Assembly: GCA_964016885.1 (NCBI GenBank)
Contig: OZ024743.1
Span: 223,386,001-223,450,000 of the forward strand
Reading direction: 5' to 3'
DNA: 64,000 bases
Source of the DNA: Eledone cirrhosa
Lineage: Eukaryota
The position numbers were made by a program, and so were the translations under genes. The notes beneath the pieces were generated by a model. The model was not told where the DNA came from. It did no database searches and worked only from the letters and a program-made list of their open reading frames with translations. Positions within the stretch are counted from its first letter, which is position 1; each line of letters begins with the position of its first letter. Of the stretch, positions 50,008-62,789 are shown piece after piece.

Positions 50008-50325
50008 TATACAATATATATATACATACACCATACACATATACATATTATACAAACACACATATATATATATATTTTAATCCACTCCGATATGCACTAG
50101 CGCTGGATAATTTATCCCATTTTAAGGTGGACTGCCGGTTGTATTCACGGAGTTCCCAGGTCTTATTAGCGAGTGTAGTAACATAATGGTGTTCAGGATG
50201 TTTAATCGAAAATCGATGATGATACCAGCGGGATTTAAAGGAGGTAGTGGTAGGCCCGATGTAATACCATTTCTGGTCGTTTGATTCGACTGTGCATTTA
50301 TAAACAATGTTGGACTCCATATCTG
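49100..50325 (-). mobile_element. Penelope-like remnant (GIY-YIG) with a microsatellite block
   Basis: 50080-50320 encodes SNIVYKCTV..YYIG.T..SFKSRWYHH..SIKH...TTLA; 49560-49680 resembles 23450-23540. Confidence 0.7.
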
Positions 50326-50551
50326 AGTGGATTAAAATACTGCAGATTATGTAACCTTGAACTTTTTTATATCTTGAAATCTAAAAACAATTTACTAAAT
50401 GACAGAATTGAATGATCATTATACTGCAACCACAAACTGAAGGCTAAATTTTCTCACTATAAAAGTAACTTAACATAATTTGAACCAGAGACTACTACAC
50501 CACTTTCTTGCTAACTAATTTCACTCAATACTTATGTAGCAAAGCGACACC

Positions 50552-50853
50552 TGTCGTGTGCTTGGGGACAGCTATGCAGAGTTACCTGCACATAGCTCTG
50601 ACGTCACAAACGGACGTCACCAAAAATAATTCACTCTCCGGCGGTGATTTGCGAAGAGACAACACGCATAATTTTGGAGCTGACTTCTGCCTATGAAGAG
50701 ATGATTTCTGCCTTTTCTCTCAAGAGATGACTTCTGCCTTCTCTCCCTAGAGATGACTCTTGCCTATGAAGAGACGACTCCTGCCTTCTCTCTCTTCTTT
50801 ATACACTCCAGTCTTGGAGTCGAGACCAACTCACCAACTACACCATCACGACA
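50552..50853. mobile_element. Possible LTR/TIR remnant with internal short tandem repeats
   Basis: Termini tgtcgtg...cacgaca; internal gagatgacttctgcc repeats; no target-site duplication found. Confidence 0.35.
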
Positions 50854-52819
50854 CGTGGTAAAATATTTCTATTGTGTTATTATTGACTCCTGTGATATAA
50901 AACTTTGTACAAACATGCACCAGCCATTCTTATTCTTTTTAATATTATTATAAGTAATATATACACCAATACCAGTCATCTAAACTTACTTCCTAACTAT
51001 ATCCCCCCCCCCCCCACTACTAACCAGTACCTTGCTTATCGTAATAAATGGATACTTAAGTATGATCAGCAAACTACAACTATCAATTCGGTGTATATCG
51101 CCTTTCCTTCTCTTAACTTTTTTCTTCCCCAATTACTCCCTTTAAAAAATACAAAGAAACCATAATTCAGCCATTCGTTCTGAAGAATTGGTGGTACGAA
51201 CAGCAGTTGAAAGTTGAGTATCTGCAAATTAATAACTACCAATTTGCATATAGCATGACTAGGCTGTGTAACTACTAAAGAAACATTTGTAAACACTTGG
51301 AATAAATTACCTTTTTATGATGTCTACCTGTTTTATTAATCATTCTTTATATATAAATATATATATATATATTTGTATACATATACATATATATAACAAA
51401 GAGGGTGTAGTAAGATACCAGGTGGACCATAATGCACCAGAGTACTGGATACTTTGAGTAAAGGAGTGGGTAATATGAAAAGATTCAGGACCCCGACAGC
51501 TGAGCATAAATATATATATATACACATATTTGTATACATCATCATCACCATTTTACATCCATTCTTCCACACTAGATGGGGTACATGCACATAAATATAT
51601 ATATATTATGCATGTATGTATATGTATGTAGGCATGAGGACATGGAAATACTCAGTTTGGTACCCAAGTATGCAGTTTTCCCACTGGGAGTGGGAGACCC
51701 CTAGTTCTTGTTAGGGCATCTTTCTAGGAGAAGGAAACCTCTGATGTAAAACTTGTGACCCAATGGCAGCCAATGATGTTGAACTGGTTTTCTCTTTGGA
51801 TACCTTTTATCGTTGTTCAGTGAGTGGAATTGGTTCAGAGCAAGCCTTTCTTCTCTTAAAAAATGCTTCTAGTTCAGGTATCATTTGTTCTAAATGACTT
51901 TTCTTTTTTCCTTTGCTGTGGCATATGCAGATCATGTTTGTGCCACCCAAATATGAGAAAAGGTCAAGGGATGGCAATTCTTTAAACTGAGATGCAGCCA
52001 ATGTAAATTAGAAATCGTTATCAGTGATGGAGCATCTTTTTAGCTCATCATGTCAAAATTTTATTTTCTTTAAACTCATTATTGGGAGTTTCATTTACAT
52101 GTATACATGTATTTTAGGTTTAGGTAAATGCTTACTGATAATCTTTTGATAACATGATATTTCAAGATTTTTTTTCTATTCAATATTCTCAGCTGAAAAC
52201 GAGTACCAGTAATAGCTGAGGGTTTAACTATGCGATGGATTGGCGTCCTGTCCAGGAGGGAGTCTTGTACTCTCAGTCACTTCACGCCATGAAACAAGGA
52301 TAAGCACTGGACCAATGTGGTGCTTGCAGCACATGAGGGCATGCATGCACATGTCGTCTGTTTTTTTTTCTTTTCTGACTCATTTTCATTTTCATTGTCT
52401 ACACACTTTGTCTAATACTTAAACAAGTAACTGTCTGTCCAAAAGTTTTAAAAGGGACATTTTTCTAGGCCATAACCCAAATCAGTTAAAGTTGATTTTT
52501 CATAATTAGATTGGAAATCAATATTGTGAATAATTTAATGGATATTGGAACAGGAATGGGTGTGGGAAAAGAAAAACAGATAATTTGCCAATACTGCTTT
52601 CAATTAAATAATTTATTCCCAAGAGTGAATAGGTTACCAATAAACTAGCAATATTATATTGGAAGTATAACAACAACAATGATAACAAGTGTATTTCTAA
52701 TGAAATACATTCTATTTTAATTAATGAACAATTTTGAGGGATTTACTAAAATTATCAATTATTTCATTATTAAGATAGTAAATTAACATATGGTTCTTAT
52801 ATAAAATTACATTGGATGA

Positions 52820-52920
52820 TACAGCATCTAGGTTTCCCAAGCTCATCCAACTAAGAAGGCTTGACGCCGCTTAACTTTGGTGATCACACAAGAACTAGTG
52901 TTTTCAGTGTAATATGGCAG
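52820..52920 (-). pseudogene. Degenerate 5S rRNA copy
   Basis: Minus strand gccatattacactgaaaacactagttcttgtgtgatcaccaaagttaagcggcgtc..ttagttggatg..ttgggaaacc..gatgctgta aligns with metazoan 5S, with deletions in the internal control region. Confidence 0.8.
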
Positions 52921-55900
52921 GGAAGATATGTTGGAAGATTTTAATATAAATAAGAACCATTTAAAATATGTGGTTTTGTTTCACAGGACCACAGCTGGTC
53001 TTGGCCAGCTTATCAAAATGGGTAATTTATCATGCTACAGTCAACCTAATTCTGCCACCAGAAAACAATAGATAGCATAGTTATTTACTCTATCTCTCTT
53101 ACTGTATTTATTTATTTAATATGTCTCATGAATTAAAGCTGCTGTTTTTATGTGGTCTAGGAACTGTGGAATACCTACCTTCCATTTTCTTGAAAACATA
53201 AATCTCATGATGATCAAACATTATAAAGACAAGCAGCTGCCAACACAACTTTGTTTTAATTGCCAACTGTAGCCAAATCACTCTAGTTATATTGTCAATG
53301 ACCTTCAAAACAATATAAATTCAATAAAACTGCAGCCCTTCTCCTTCCTTTAGAAAAATCAATAATCTTCAAAAGGTTACTAGAGTTGACTGAAATATGA
53401 AGGTGCTTAACTATATTGTTCACCACTGTACTTAATTTTATTACACAAGAGTCACTTTACATTTTACCCCTTTGTGACTGTATTCCTAATAAAATAGACT
53501 CTATTTCAATAAAGAATTTTGAAGGATTTGCCAAAATTAATATTTATTTCATTACTAACATATGGTTCTTGTATAAATTTGTGTTGGAAGATTTTGATTT
53601 ATATAGGAACTCTTTAAATTGGGTGGTTTTGTTTCATAGAACCAGAGTTGGTATTGACTGGGTTGGTATCAAAAGGGTCAAAGCTTTTGGGTTGTAGACT
53701 GTTCAATAGCTGATATATAAAGACCAATCCTACAATTATTGGCTTGAAGCCAATAAAGGAGCTTTTATGCAGTTGCTTTTAACCCTTTAGAAATAGCAAC
53801 CAAACTACCATTAAATTACATCTTACTATCTTAAAATAGCAAGTACATATTAGACACATGTAGACCCATATACCTTAATAAAAAGATAAGATAGTTATGG
53901 CTAGAATACTTTTGATTATAAGGTTCACCTGTGTCTAACCACAGGTTAAGCAATAACAAAAATTGGCCCTGTGATTAGTAAAAGAGTGGCAAACACTGGC
54001 GAATTGAGTCTTCAATTGGATTTATGCTAATAAGGCTTAAAAAATATGACTGTCTTAACATTTCTCCTCCATAAAGGCAAGTGGCCTAGCAGTTAGGTTG
54101 TTGGGCATGTAATCATAAGGTCATGGGTTCAATTCCTTGACTCAGTGGCGTGTTGTATTTTTGAACAAGATGCTTCAATTCTAATTGCTTTTCATGATAA
54201 AATTGGGGTGCCTATCATTAAAATACCCGAGAAACCTATGAGATTCAACCTCATTGAAGGACTGCTGACAAAGGAGTAATCTGTAAGACTCATTTTTTTT
54301 TTCATTTTCCCCTCTTTTGTTTTTTGTCAAAAGATTCCAATGTTTGTTGGTAACAAATTTAAATACTTGGCCCTTACAGATATGAAAAACAGACAAAATT
54401 TATTTCCCTCCACACCTCATACACATATAAAGAAAACATCTTAATTATATGAATATTCAAAGATTTTTTATTTACACATTTTAGATGTAAATTCATTTTG
54501 GTAAAAATCTTAATACTCCAAAAACGCAAATTTACATTAACATCATCATCATCATTATCATCTAATACTCTGTTTACAGAAATAAACTAAAAAAAATTTT
54601 AAAATTCAGTGTGCTCTTTAATTAATAATTGTAGGCAAGAATAAAAAAGAAAAAAAATCAAGACACAAAGAAGTCTTTGATAAAAAAATAAGAATAAGAT
54701 AAAAAATGTTTCTAAGAGATTTTTGTTCAGATATTTGAGTGATACACGCCAAAACTATATATCATAAAAAAGGCATAACATTTTAATATTTGTACAAAAG
54801 CATATTCTATTACGTTTCTGAATCCAGGAAAAAAAAATCACAGGAGGAAAAAAGTCACAATACAAATACAGTACAAACATACAAATATATATATATACAA
54901 CCTTAGCTCTAACCTTAACTAGAAATTAAAATGATTTTTTCTCATACAACATAACCTCTAAGCTGCATAGGTGCATGGCCATGCTGTCAGTATTGGTGAT
55001 ATGCACATCAAAAAGTTGCTGCTCAGTAGCTTAGAAATGTTGCTGTGCAGTAACTTTGAATTTAAAATATTTTTGCTCAAAGCATCAAACGTTCTACTCA
55101 GTGGTTGGGAAAAATTAGAGGGAACATAATTCTTATATCTTAGTTATCAGTTTCCATTGTTTTAAACAAATTATCTTTTTTGGGATATGTGACTTTTTTT
55201 CATCACCAAAGTGTGATTTTTTTCTTGTAATTTTATTTCATTCACATGTTTCCAACTTTCAAATGCTGGGCTTGTCATTTTGGTTCTTGTAGAGTTTTAA
55301 CCTGAAATGAGTGAATATATCAAAAATGAATTTCAAAACTATCTGAAATATTTTCCTACAAATATTATTGATATTTCACAAGAGATGGGACAAAATTATA
55401 GAGAAAGAATGTTGTCAATTGAATTAATTAGTGGTGTGGTTAAGAATATCCCTTCACAACCATGTAGTTCTGGATTTAGTTCTGCTGTGCTGTACCTTGA
55501 GCAAGTGACATTAATATAGCCTCGGGTTGACCAATGCCTTGTGAGTAGAATTTGGTAGATAGAAACTGCAGAAACTCATCATAAATGTATATATGTGTGT
55601 TTGTGCCTGTATTTATATCCTGTAACTTGGTGGTTTAATAAAAAAGAGGTCAATAAAATAAGTACCGCACTTGAAAAAATAATACTGGGGTTGATATGAT
55701 CAACTAAATGAAGGTGGTACTCCAACATTACCGCAGTCTAATGGTTGAAACCAGTAAAAGAGTAAAAGAGGATTAACTCTAGTACTGTTCCTTATTCTAT
55801 TAACTTTAGTGAGACTCGATTTCAAAGCATAAACAAACAAACTAAATATCAAAAGGTATTTAGTCAGCCACTTCACATTTCTGTCAGTCAATAGAAATAT

Positions 55901-57119
55901 TATTAAAAGCAAAGGATATAATTTAGTATTTTTAAATTTTGTATAATTTCCAAATTGAAGATTGAAACCATGGTATCTAAGAAATTTCAAAATGCCCCCT
56001 TTTATCCCAGTAGTGTATTACCCTAAATGAGACAGACATACATACATACATACATACACAAATACATACATATATATACAGATTTATGCCTGTGATTATT
56101 GGGACACTGGGATATGTTAGTAACTGCCTCAATACAAATCTTGAGAAGCTAGGCTTCACAGGAACAGAAAGAACACAACTAGTTAGGAAATTACAAGTAC
56201 AATCCATTAATGGAACAGTAAAAATATGTAAAACATTCCAAAAATTTTGCATCTAATAACTGCATATACACATGTACAGATACAAAGCATATACACATGC
56301 ACACATACAACTCAAAACATACACATCCACACATACAATAACATCCATATCTACACATGCATGCATACATACATATCTACCTAGTTGATGTTGTGTAAAT
56401 TCCAATGAGAGAGTCTTGTGTCTATGTTAGAAACCGACTCTCTCTCTCTATTAGTAAAACTTTGTGAAATTATAAAACCAGAAGAACATACATATGCATA
56501 CATACATACCTATTTTAACATATATATATATATATGCACATGGGTATAAATATATAGACATATATATAATGACATACATACTTTTAAACACATGCATTGA
56601 CATACATGCATTAACATAACATTGACATATATACATTGATATACTTACACTGATTATCAGTGAAATACATACATAACCATACTTACAGTGAGATACATAC
56701 ATTGACATACTTCAACATATACGTAATGAGATAAATGCACCGACATACAGTCCTATGCGAGCAAGACAACCACTCTTGCCTCAAGTGGGAAAACTCCCGT
56801 CCAAACCCATGCAAGCGTGGAACGATGATGATGATGATATCATCATTATCATCATCATCATTTAAGTCAGTTTGACATATATACACACTTTGACAAACAT
56901 ACTTTGAAACTTATTGTCATACAAACATTCACATACATTATAAAAAGTATATGAGTACTAAATCATAGTCTCCAATGAAGACCAAATAGCCATGGTAATA
57001 AAAATTGATCAAAATATCACTATAATACAGGTCTGTTTAAGCAGAGCTACTAACTAGAGAATGTCGTCATTATGACTAGAATATATTCCATATAAGGTGT
57101 TTAAGGATACCCCTACCTT

Positions 57120-57211
57120 TTAAGATACATCTTTGATTTCAACATGGAGTAACATCATTGATTTATACATTATTTCATTTTTCTTGTTGCTAAGGTTGAA
57201 TTGCCGGTAGC
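57120..57211 (-). CDS. Phosphoinositide phospholipase C (delta-like), terminal coding exon
   Basis: Acceptor ttacAG; GYRQFNLSNKKNEIMYKSMMLLHVEIKDVS then TAA; end of C2 domain. Confidence 0.85.
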
Positions 57212-57738
57212 CTGTAATAAAAATGTAAGTTTTCAACCATTTAAAATTAATATACTCAGATATAGTTTGCTGACCATTTTTTTGTTTAAGTCATTGTTTT
57301 GAATTTTTGACAGTAGAATACCAGGGTTGCTTTAAGAGAGTTATTGCTTTTGTTTTCCTCTCAAAGAGTAATTACAAAATTGGTAATAAAGAAGAAAATA
57401 ACTTTATCAACAGAAGTACAAGATATAGGAATCTTTGTTGGAGAATGATGGCAATGAAGTGGTAGAGTCATTATAACATCAGATAGAATGCTTTGTGGCA
57501 TTTCATCCAGTTCTCTGCACTCCAAGTTAAAATTCTGCAGAGATCAACTTTGCCTTTCATCATTTCAAGGTTGATAAATAAATTACCAGTTCAATTTTAG
57601 GGTCAAATCTTCCCCTATATCTCTTTTTCACTCACTCTCTCACTATTTCTCTGGGTGAAATCAACTATGTTCTCACCTGGAGGGGGATGGGCTTTGCAGG
57701 TATAAAGAAAATGGCAAACTGTTAACTGAAGAATTTAC

Positions 57739-57885
57739 CTTCTTGCATGCAGTTGAATGGAATTGTATAATAACCAATGAAATCATCTCCTCCTAGGTCG
57801 AAATCTTTGACAGTAAAACGGATAATACACAAGTCTGGAGAGTTGATTTTGAATTCAAATGTTTCATCCCATCTAGGATTGAAAC
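57739..57885 (-). CDS. PLC exon, C2 domain
   Basis: AG/GT; GFNPRWDETFEFKINSPDLCIIRFTVKDFDLGGDDFIGYYTIPFNCMQE. Confidence 0.95.
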
Positions 57886-58430
57886 CTGCAATAATATTAA
57901 GAATACATAGCTAAGATTTTAATATAAATGATACAAGACATTACAACCACAAATTTATGACAGAAAGGAAGAAAAGAGACCATTCAAATAGTTGGCAACG
58001 ATTTACTTAGCAGCATATTACAACTTCTGGTTTGCAGATATGTTAATTTCTCTCTCTCACTCTTCCCCTGATACTATGTCAGCCTCCTCATTCCTCTGAA
58101 CTTGTAAGATGTATATCTCCTCTATCCAGGTCCACACCCATTCCTTTCTTCCCCTGTCATTCTTAATGTGTCATACTGCCCAGGTCTCTCACTAAATACT
58201 TTCACAATCATTTCTTTTCATAATAAGTACAAGTCCCAGGAATTTTCACTTTATCAACAGGGTTTTTCTGCAGACACAGACCTACAAATATTCAAGTTGA
58301 CAATCAGCCCCATCAGTTTCACCAGTCTAGGACAGTGACCTGCAAAAGGTCAGAGCCACTGGTCCTCCTCTTCAGACAAAAGTTGTCATCATCTCTAATT
58401 GAAGGATCAATTCTGAAATATATTGCTTAC

Positions 58431-58566
58431 CATTATTTCTGATGACCCTGGTCTTCTGCTCTTCTTTGTCATCATCCATTCCATGAACCTCTATCTTAAC
58501 AAGTGGATCAATAACTTCTCCCTTTAAACTAGATGTTGGCTTTGGTAGTTGGTAAGCACTGATCAC
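58431..58566 (-). CDS. PLC exon, C2 domain start
   Basis: AG/GT; VISAYQLPKPTSSLKGEVIDPLVKIEVHGMDDDKEEQKTRVIRNN. Confidence 0.95.
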
Positions 58567-58870
58567 CTGAAATTAGAAATAGGAAAATAGAATCTTTATT
58601 AGGGAGGACATAAATAAATATCAATAATTTAAAAAAATATTTATTTTAATATTATAAATGTCATTAATGGTGACTGGCATACACACATACTGATACACAC
58701 ATATATGCAAGCATGCAAAAGCAGACACAAAAAGGATGATAATGATATATCATCATAAATTTGATGTCTATTATTCATAGACATCAAATCTTTAAAAATT
58801 AGATGAGATTTTTAAAGGCAGAATTCTATGACTAGAAGCCCTTCATAATACCAACCCCCTTTGAAGAACA

Positions 58871-59092
58871 TACTGGGTGCATTTTATTATGGCACCAGCA
58901 CTACCACTTACAGAGTGTACTGGGTGCATTTTATCATGGCACCAGCACTACCACTTACAGAGTGTACTAGGTGCATTTTATCATGGCACAAGCATTACCA
59001 CCTACTGAGTGTACTAGGCACATTTTATAATGGCACCAGCACTACCACTTACAGAGTGTACTAAGTGCATTTTATCATTGCATCAGCACTAC
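58871..59092. repeat. 47-bp tandem repeat (about 4.7 copies), SINE-derived
   Basis: Unit tactgggtgcattttattatggcaccagcactaccacttacagagtg. Confidence 0.85.
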
Positions 59093-59131
59093 TATTTTAC
59101 ATGCTTAATAATACATTTTAATACATCTTAC

Positions 59132-59178
59132 CTTTATGGTTAATATTTTAGGTTGGTGTGCTCCGGTTCCAGTTTGAC
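59132..59178 (-). CDS. PLC 47-nt exon, Y-C2 linker
   Basis: ccAG / GTaag; GQTGTGAHQPKILTIK; phase 1-0 exactly bridges the neighbouring exons. Confidence 0.85.
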
Positions 59179-60912
59179 CTGGTATATGATGTTGAGTAAC
59201 ATAGAATATTAAAATATAATAACATATATAATATAATGAAGTTATTGCGTACAGTGCTCAAGTGCACTACAACTCATCAAAGGTGCATGTATAGTACATA
59301 GAATAATGTTCAAATATCAGGAAAGTGATCAGTGAATAAGTCATGATATACACACAGATACATGCGTGCGTGTGTATGGAGGAGGGATATCAGGTGTAGT
59401 GTTGATGAATTTCGGGAAGCATGGAAGTTTTGATTAATACAGACTACTGGATAATAAATAGTATTGAAAAATAATATAAATTATTGGAGAATAATATAAA
59501 CTATTGGAGAATAATTTTGAAATACTGACTATTGTATAATGCTGAATATTAACCTTTTTGATAACAAACTGTTAATTTTAATTTTAACCTTTTTGATACC
59601 AATACAGCCAAAATTGGCTCTGGTTCTATTTAAACAAAGTCACACATTTTAAAAGTTTCCGATTTAAATTATAATCTTCCACTGAAAATTTTATATTCGA
59701 ACCATATGTTACATTACTATTATGAAATAATTAATGATTTTAACAAATTGCTCAAAATTCATCATCAGTTAATTGAAACAGAGTGAATTTCATTAAAAAT
59801 ACAGTCAAGAAATTGTTAAAGTGTTTATATTTACCTAAATATTTCCCATCATAATTCTATATAAGAACTTTTGTTATGTTATATTCTAAACACCAGCTTA
59901 ACCCTTTAGCATTTAAACCAGCCACATCCAGCCAGAATTCTCTCACCTTTGTCTGTTCAAACTGGCCATAACCAGCTGCTCATACTTATGTTATAGTATT
60001 CTCAAAATAAATAATATCAAAATCTCATAGATTCGATATTATGTGAGATAATTATGTGAGAAAAGCCTTTACTGTGAAAATACAATAGTAAATATAGAGT
60101 AATGTAAATGCTAAAGGGTTAATGATGAGAAAATGAGTTATATTTCTATTTCCCTCTGAATTCTTATTTTCAAAATGATTTGAAAATTGTAGGCAGTATC
60201 TTTTATAATAAACATGTTAAAAAAAGAATTATAGCATATTGAATATTGTATAATATTGAATCTTATATATTGTATAATATTGATTTCTAACTTAGGCTCA
60301 AGGCTAAACATCTTTTGGAAGAGGAACAGTTGATCATATCATCAACAGAACATGGCTAGTACATATTGGCTCTCAAAAGGATGAAGGGAAACATCAATAT
60401 AGTCAGATATGAAGTTTGCTTTATAGTCATTTCATTCTGGGTTCAATTCTACTGCATGACACTGAGCAAGTATCTTCTATCATAGCATCTACCACCTTGT
60501 GAATAGAGTTTGTTTGATGTAAACTATGCAAGCCTATCATATACGTATATACATGTATGAGTTATGTTGGTACCACAACATCCAGTCCGAAACAAATGAG
60601 GTTGTGTAGGTGTCACAACAAAAAAACACACAGTCCACGCTGTAATGTGGCCGTGTAGGTAACAGGGTAAAAACCTCCCAGTCCGCACTGTAAACGTGGT
60701 TGGTGTTAGGAAGGGTATCCAGCCGTAGAAAACCCGCCAGACAGTCCTATACGAGCAGGACAACAAATCTTGCCTCAAGTGGGAAAACTCCCGTCCAAAC
60801 CCATGCAAGCGTGGAAGATGGACATTAAACGATGATGATGATGAGTGTGTTTATTTTTGTAAACTTTAGGGGGGTTGAATTTGGTAGATGGAAACTGCCA
60901 AAGCTTGTCATA

Positions 60913-60947
<35 letters not shown>

Positions 60948-60969
60948 CTGTATTTATGTCCAGTAATTT

Positions 60970-61260
60970 AGTGAAGGCATGTGGCCTCATGGTAAGGGTG
61001 TTGAACTTATGATCGTAATGTCATGGGTTCAATTCCTGGGCTGGGTTGCATGTTGTGTTCTTGAGCAAAACACTTCATTTCCCGTTGCTCCAGTATACTC
61101 AGCTGAAAATGAGTACCAGCAATAGCTGGAGGTTTAACCCTGCGATGGACTGGCGTCCTGTCCAGTGGGGAGTCTTGTACTGTCACTTGCTTCATGCCAA
61201 GAAACCAGGATAAGCACCTGCTTAATGCGCTGGCTTGCAGCAAACGAGGACATGCATGCA
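60970..61260 (+). mobile_element. tRNA-derived CORE-type SINE
   Basis: tRNA-like head (tggcc..tggt; ggttcaattcc), CORE-like gttgtgttcttgagcaaaacactt, tail tgcgatggactggcgtcctgtcc; partial copies at 17105, 17482, 52190, 54075 and 63050-63160 (-). Confidence 0.75.
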
Positions 61261-61513
61261 ATTTAGTGGTTCAACAAAATAGAGATTGATAAAATAAGTA
61301 CTAGGTTTGATATGATCAACTAAATGAAAGTGGTGACCCTGTATGACCACAGTCAAATGACTGAAACCAGTAACAGAACAGAAGCAAATAAATTGAAAAT
61401 AAATTATAGTATTATCTCAAGATTGTTTCTATTTCAGCCAATCATAAAGAGATCATTGAGTCAACATTTAGCCAAATGAAGAATTAGATTAGGCATTGGC
61501 TCTTCTACAGTAC

Positions 61514-61621
61514 CTTGTAATAAAAAGTTTGGTTTCAGAAGATATCCACAACGACCATTATCCATGAATTTCCCCAACAACAGTTGCATAGGTGTATCTT
61601 CTGTCTGATAGTTAAGTGCCA
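61514..61621 (-). CDS. PLC exon, end of catalytic Y box
   Basis: AG/GT; [36 protein letters not shown]. Confidence 0.96.
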
Positions 61622-61718
61622 CTGAAAAGAGTTTGGAAGATTTGAATTAAGAAACCTGTTATTAAACATTTTAAGCTAAATCATTGCAGGTTGTTAAGAA
61701 TTAAAAATAGCAAGTGAA

Positions 61719-61761
<43 letters not shown>

Positions 61762-61876
61762 CATAGATATATATATACATACATATATATATACATACAT
61801 ACATATATACATACATACATACATATATACATACATACATATATACATACATACATACATATATACACATACATAC

Positions 61877-61937
<61 letters not shown>

Positions 61938-61988
61938 CATACATATATATATATACATACATACATACATACATACATACATACATAC

Positions 61989-62100
61989 GAGAAAGTATGA
62001 CTCCGACGGCAGAGCTGAAGCCGTTTCAATGGCTATTTCTGGACGTCCAGAAATAGCCATCGAAACGACTTGAGCTCTGCCGTCGGGGTCATACTTTCTC
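61989..62100. repeat. 112-bp near-perfect palindrome in a PLC intron
   Basis: 56-bp arms, 4 mismatches, no spacer, centre ggac|gtcc. Confidence 0.95.
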
Positions 62101-62606
62101 CTATTACCCACTCAACTACCCTAAGTATTGAGTACTCTGGTGCATTATGGTCCATCTGGTTCCTTACCACAACTCCTTCGTTATGTATATATATATAGAG
62201 AGAGAGAGAGAGGAGAGACAATGGAATTAAAGTATAAGATGCTGCACTGACAAAAATAATGAGATTTGGAATTTGTTAGATTGTTAATTTTGTAATTAGT
62301 TAGTCACTCAATGGAGGATAGCATTCACAGCTTTTAAAGGTTGTGAATGCTGTTGATGTTCAGTTTGAAATTCTGGTGAGGAATAATTCAACAAAATGAC
62401 CTGAGAGAGGAGTGAAAAAATGTAGGGTGCATTATATACCCTGTAGTCTTAAAAATGAATGGACATATTAGATATTGCAGCCCTAGATAAATTATGTCTG
62501 ACTGAGAAAAAAATGAATGAGCATTCTTGGAATATCTTTCATCTTATATCATAAGTTTGCTCTGTTAGAACTAACCTATGTCACAACAACAACAACAACA
62601 ACTTAC

Positions 62607-62789
62607 CAACTTGACAGCCAATATTCCACATCATCACTGGAGTATAATTACTTGAATCAGTTCGAAGGCCAGCTGGGTATGTTCTAACCATTATTGATTT
62701 GGTCAGTTGGCGGTTGGATTCAATCTCATTTTCTTCCAATAAGTTACACATTTTCATCTCACCAATGGATGTCATTTTGAAAGGGTTAC
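62607..62789 (-). CDS. PLC exon, catalytic Y box (gene continues beyond window end)
   Basis: AG/GT; NPFKMTSIGE...MVRTYPAGLRTDSSNYTPVMMWNIGCQV; substrate-binding S, R and Y of the Y box retained. Confidence 0.96.

Noticed and set aside
60970-61045. tRNA gene
   Set aside because: Decayed tRNA-like SINE head continuing into SINE body; no complete cloverleaf.
61681-62111. YI/VC/HT-rich ORFs here and at 24512-24832 and 49670-50080
   Set aside because: Translations of (TA)n, (CA)n and (TACA)n microsatellites.
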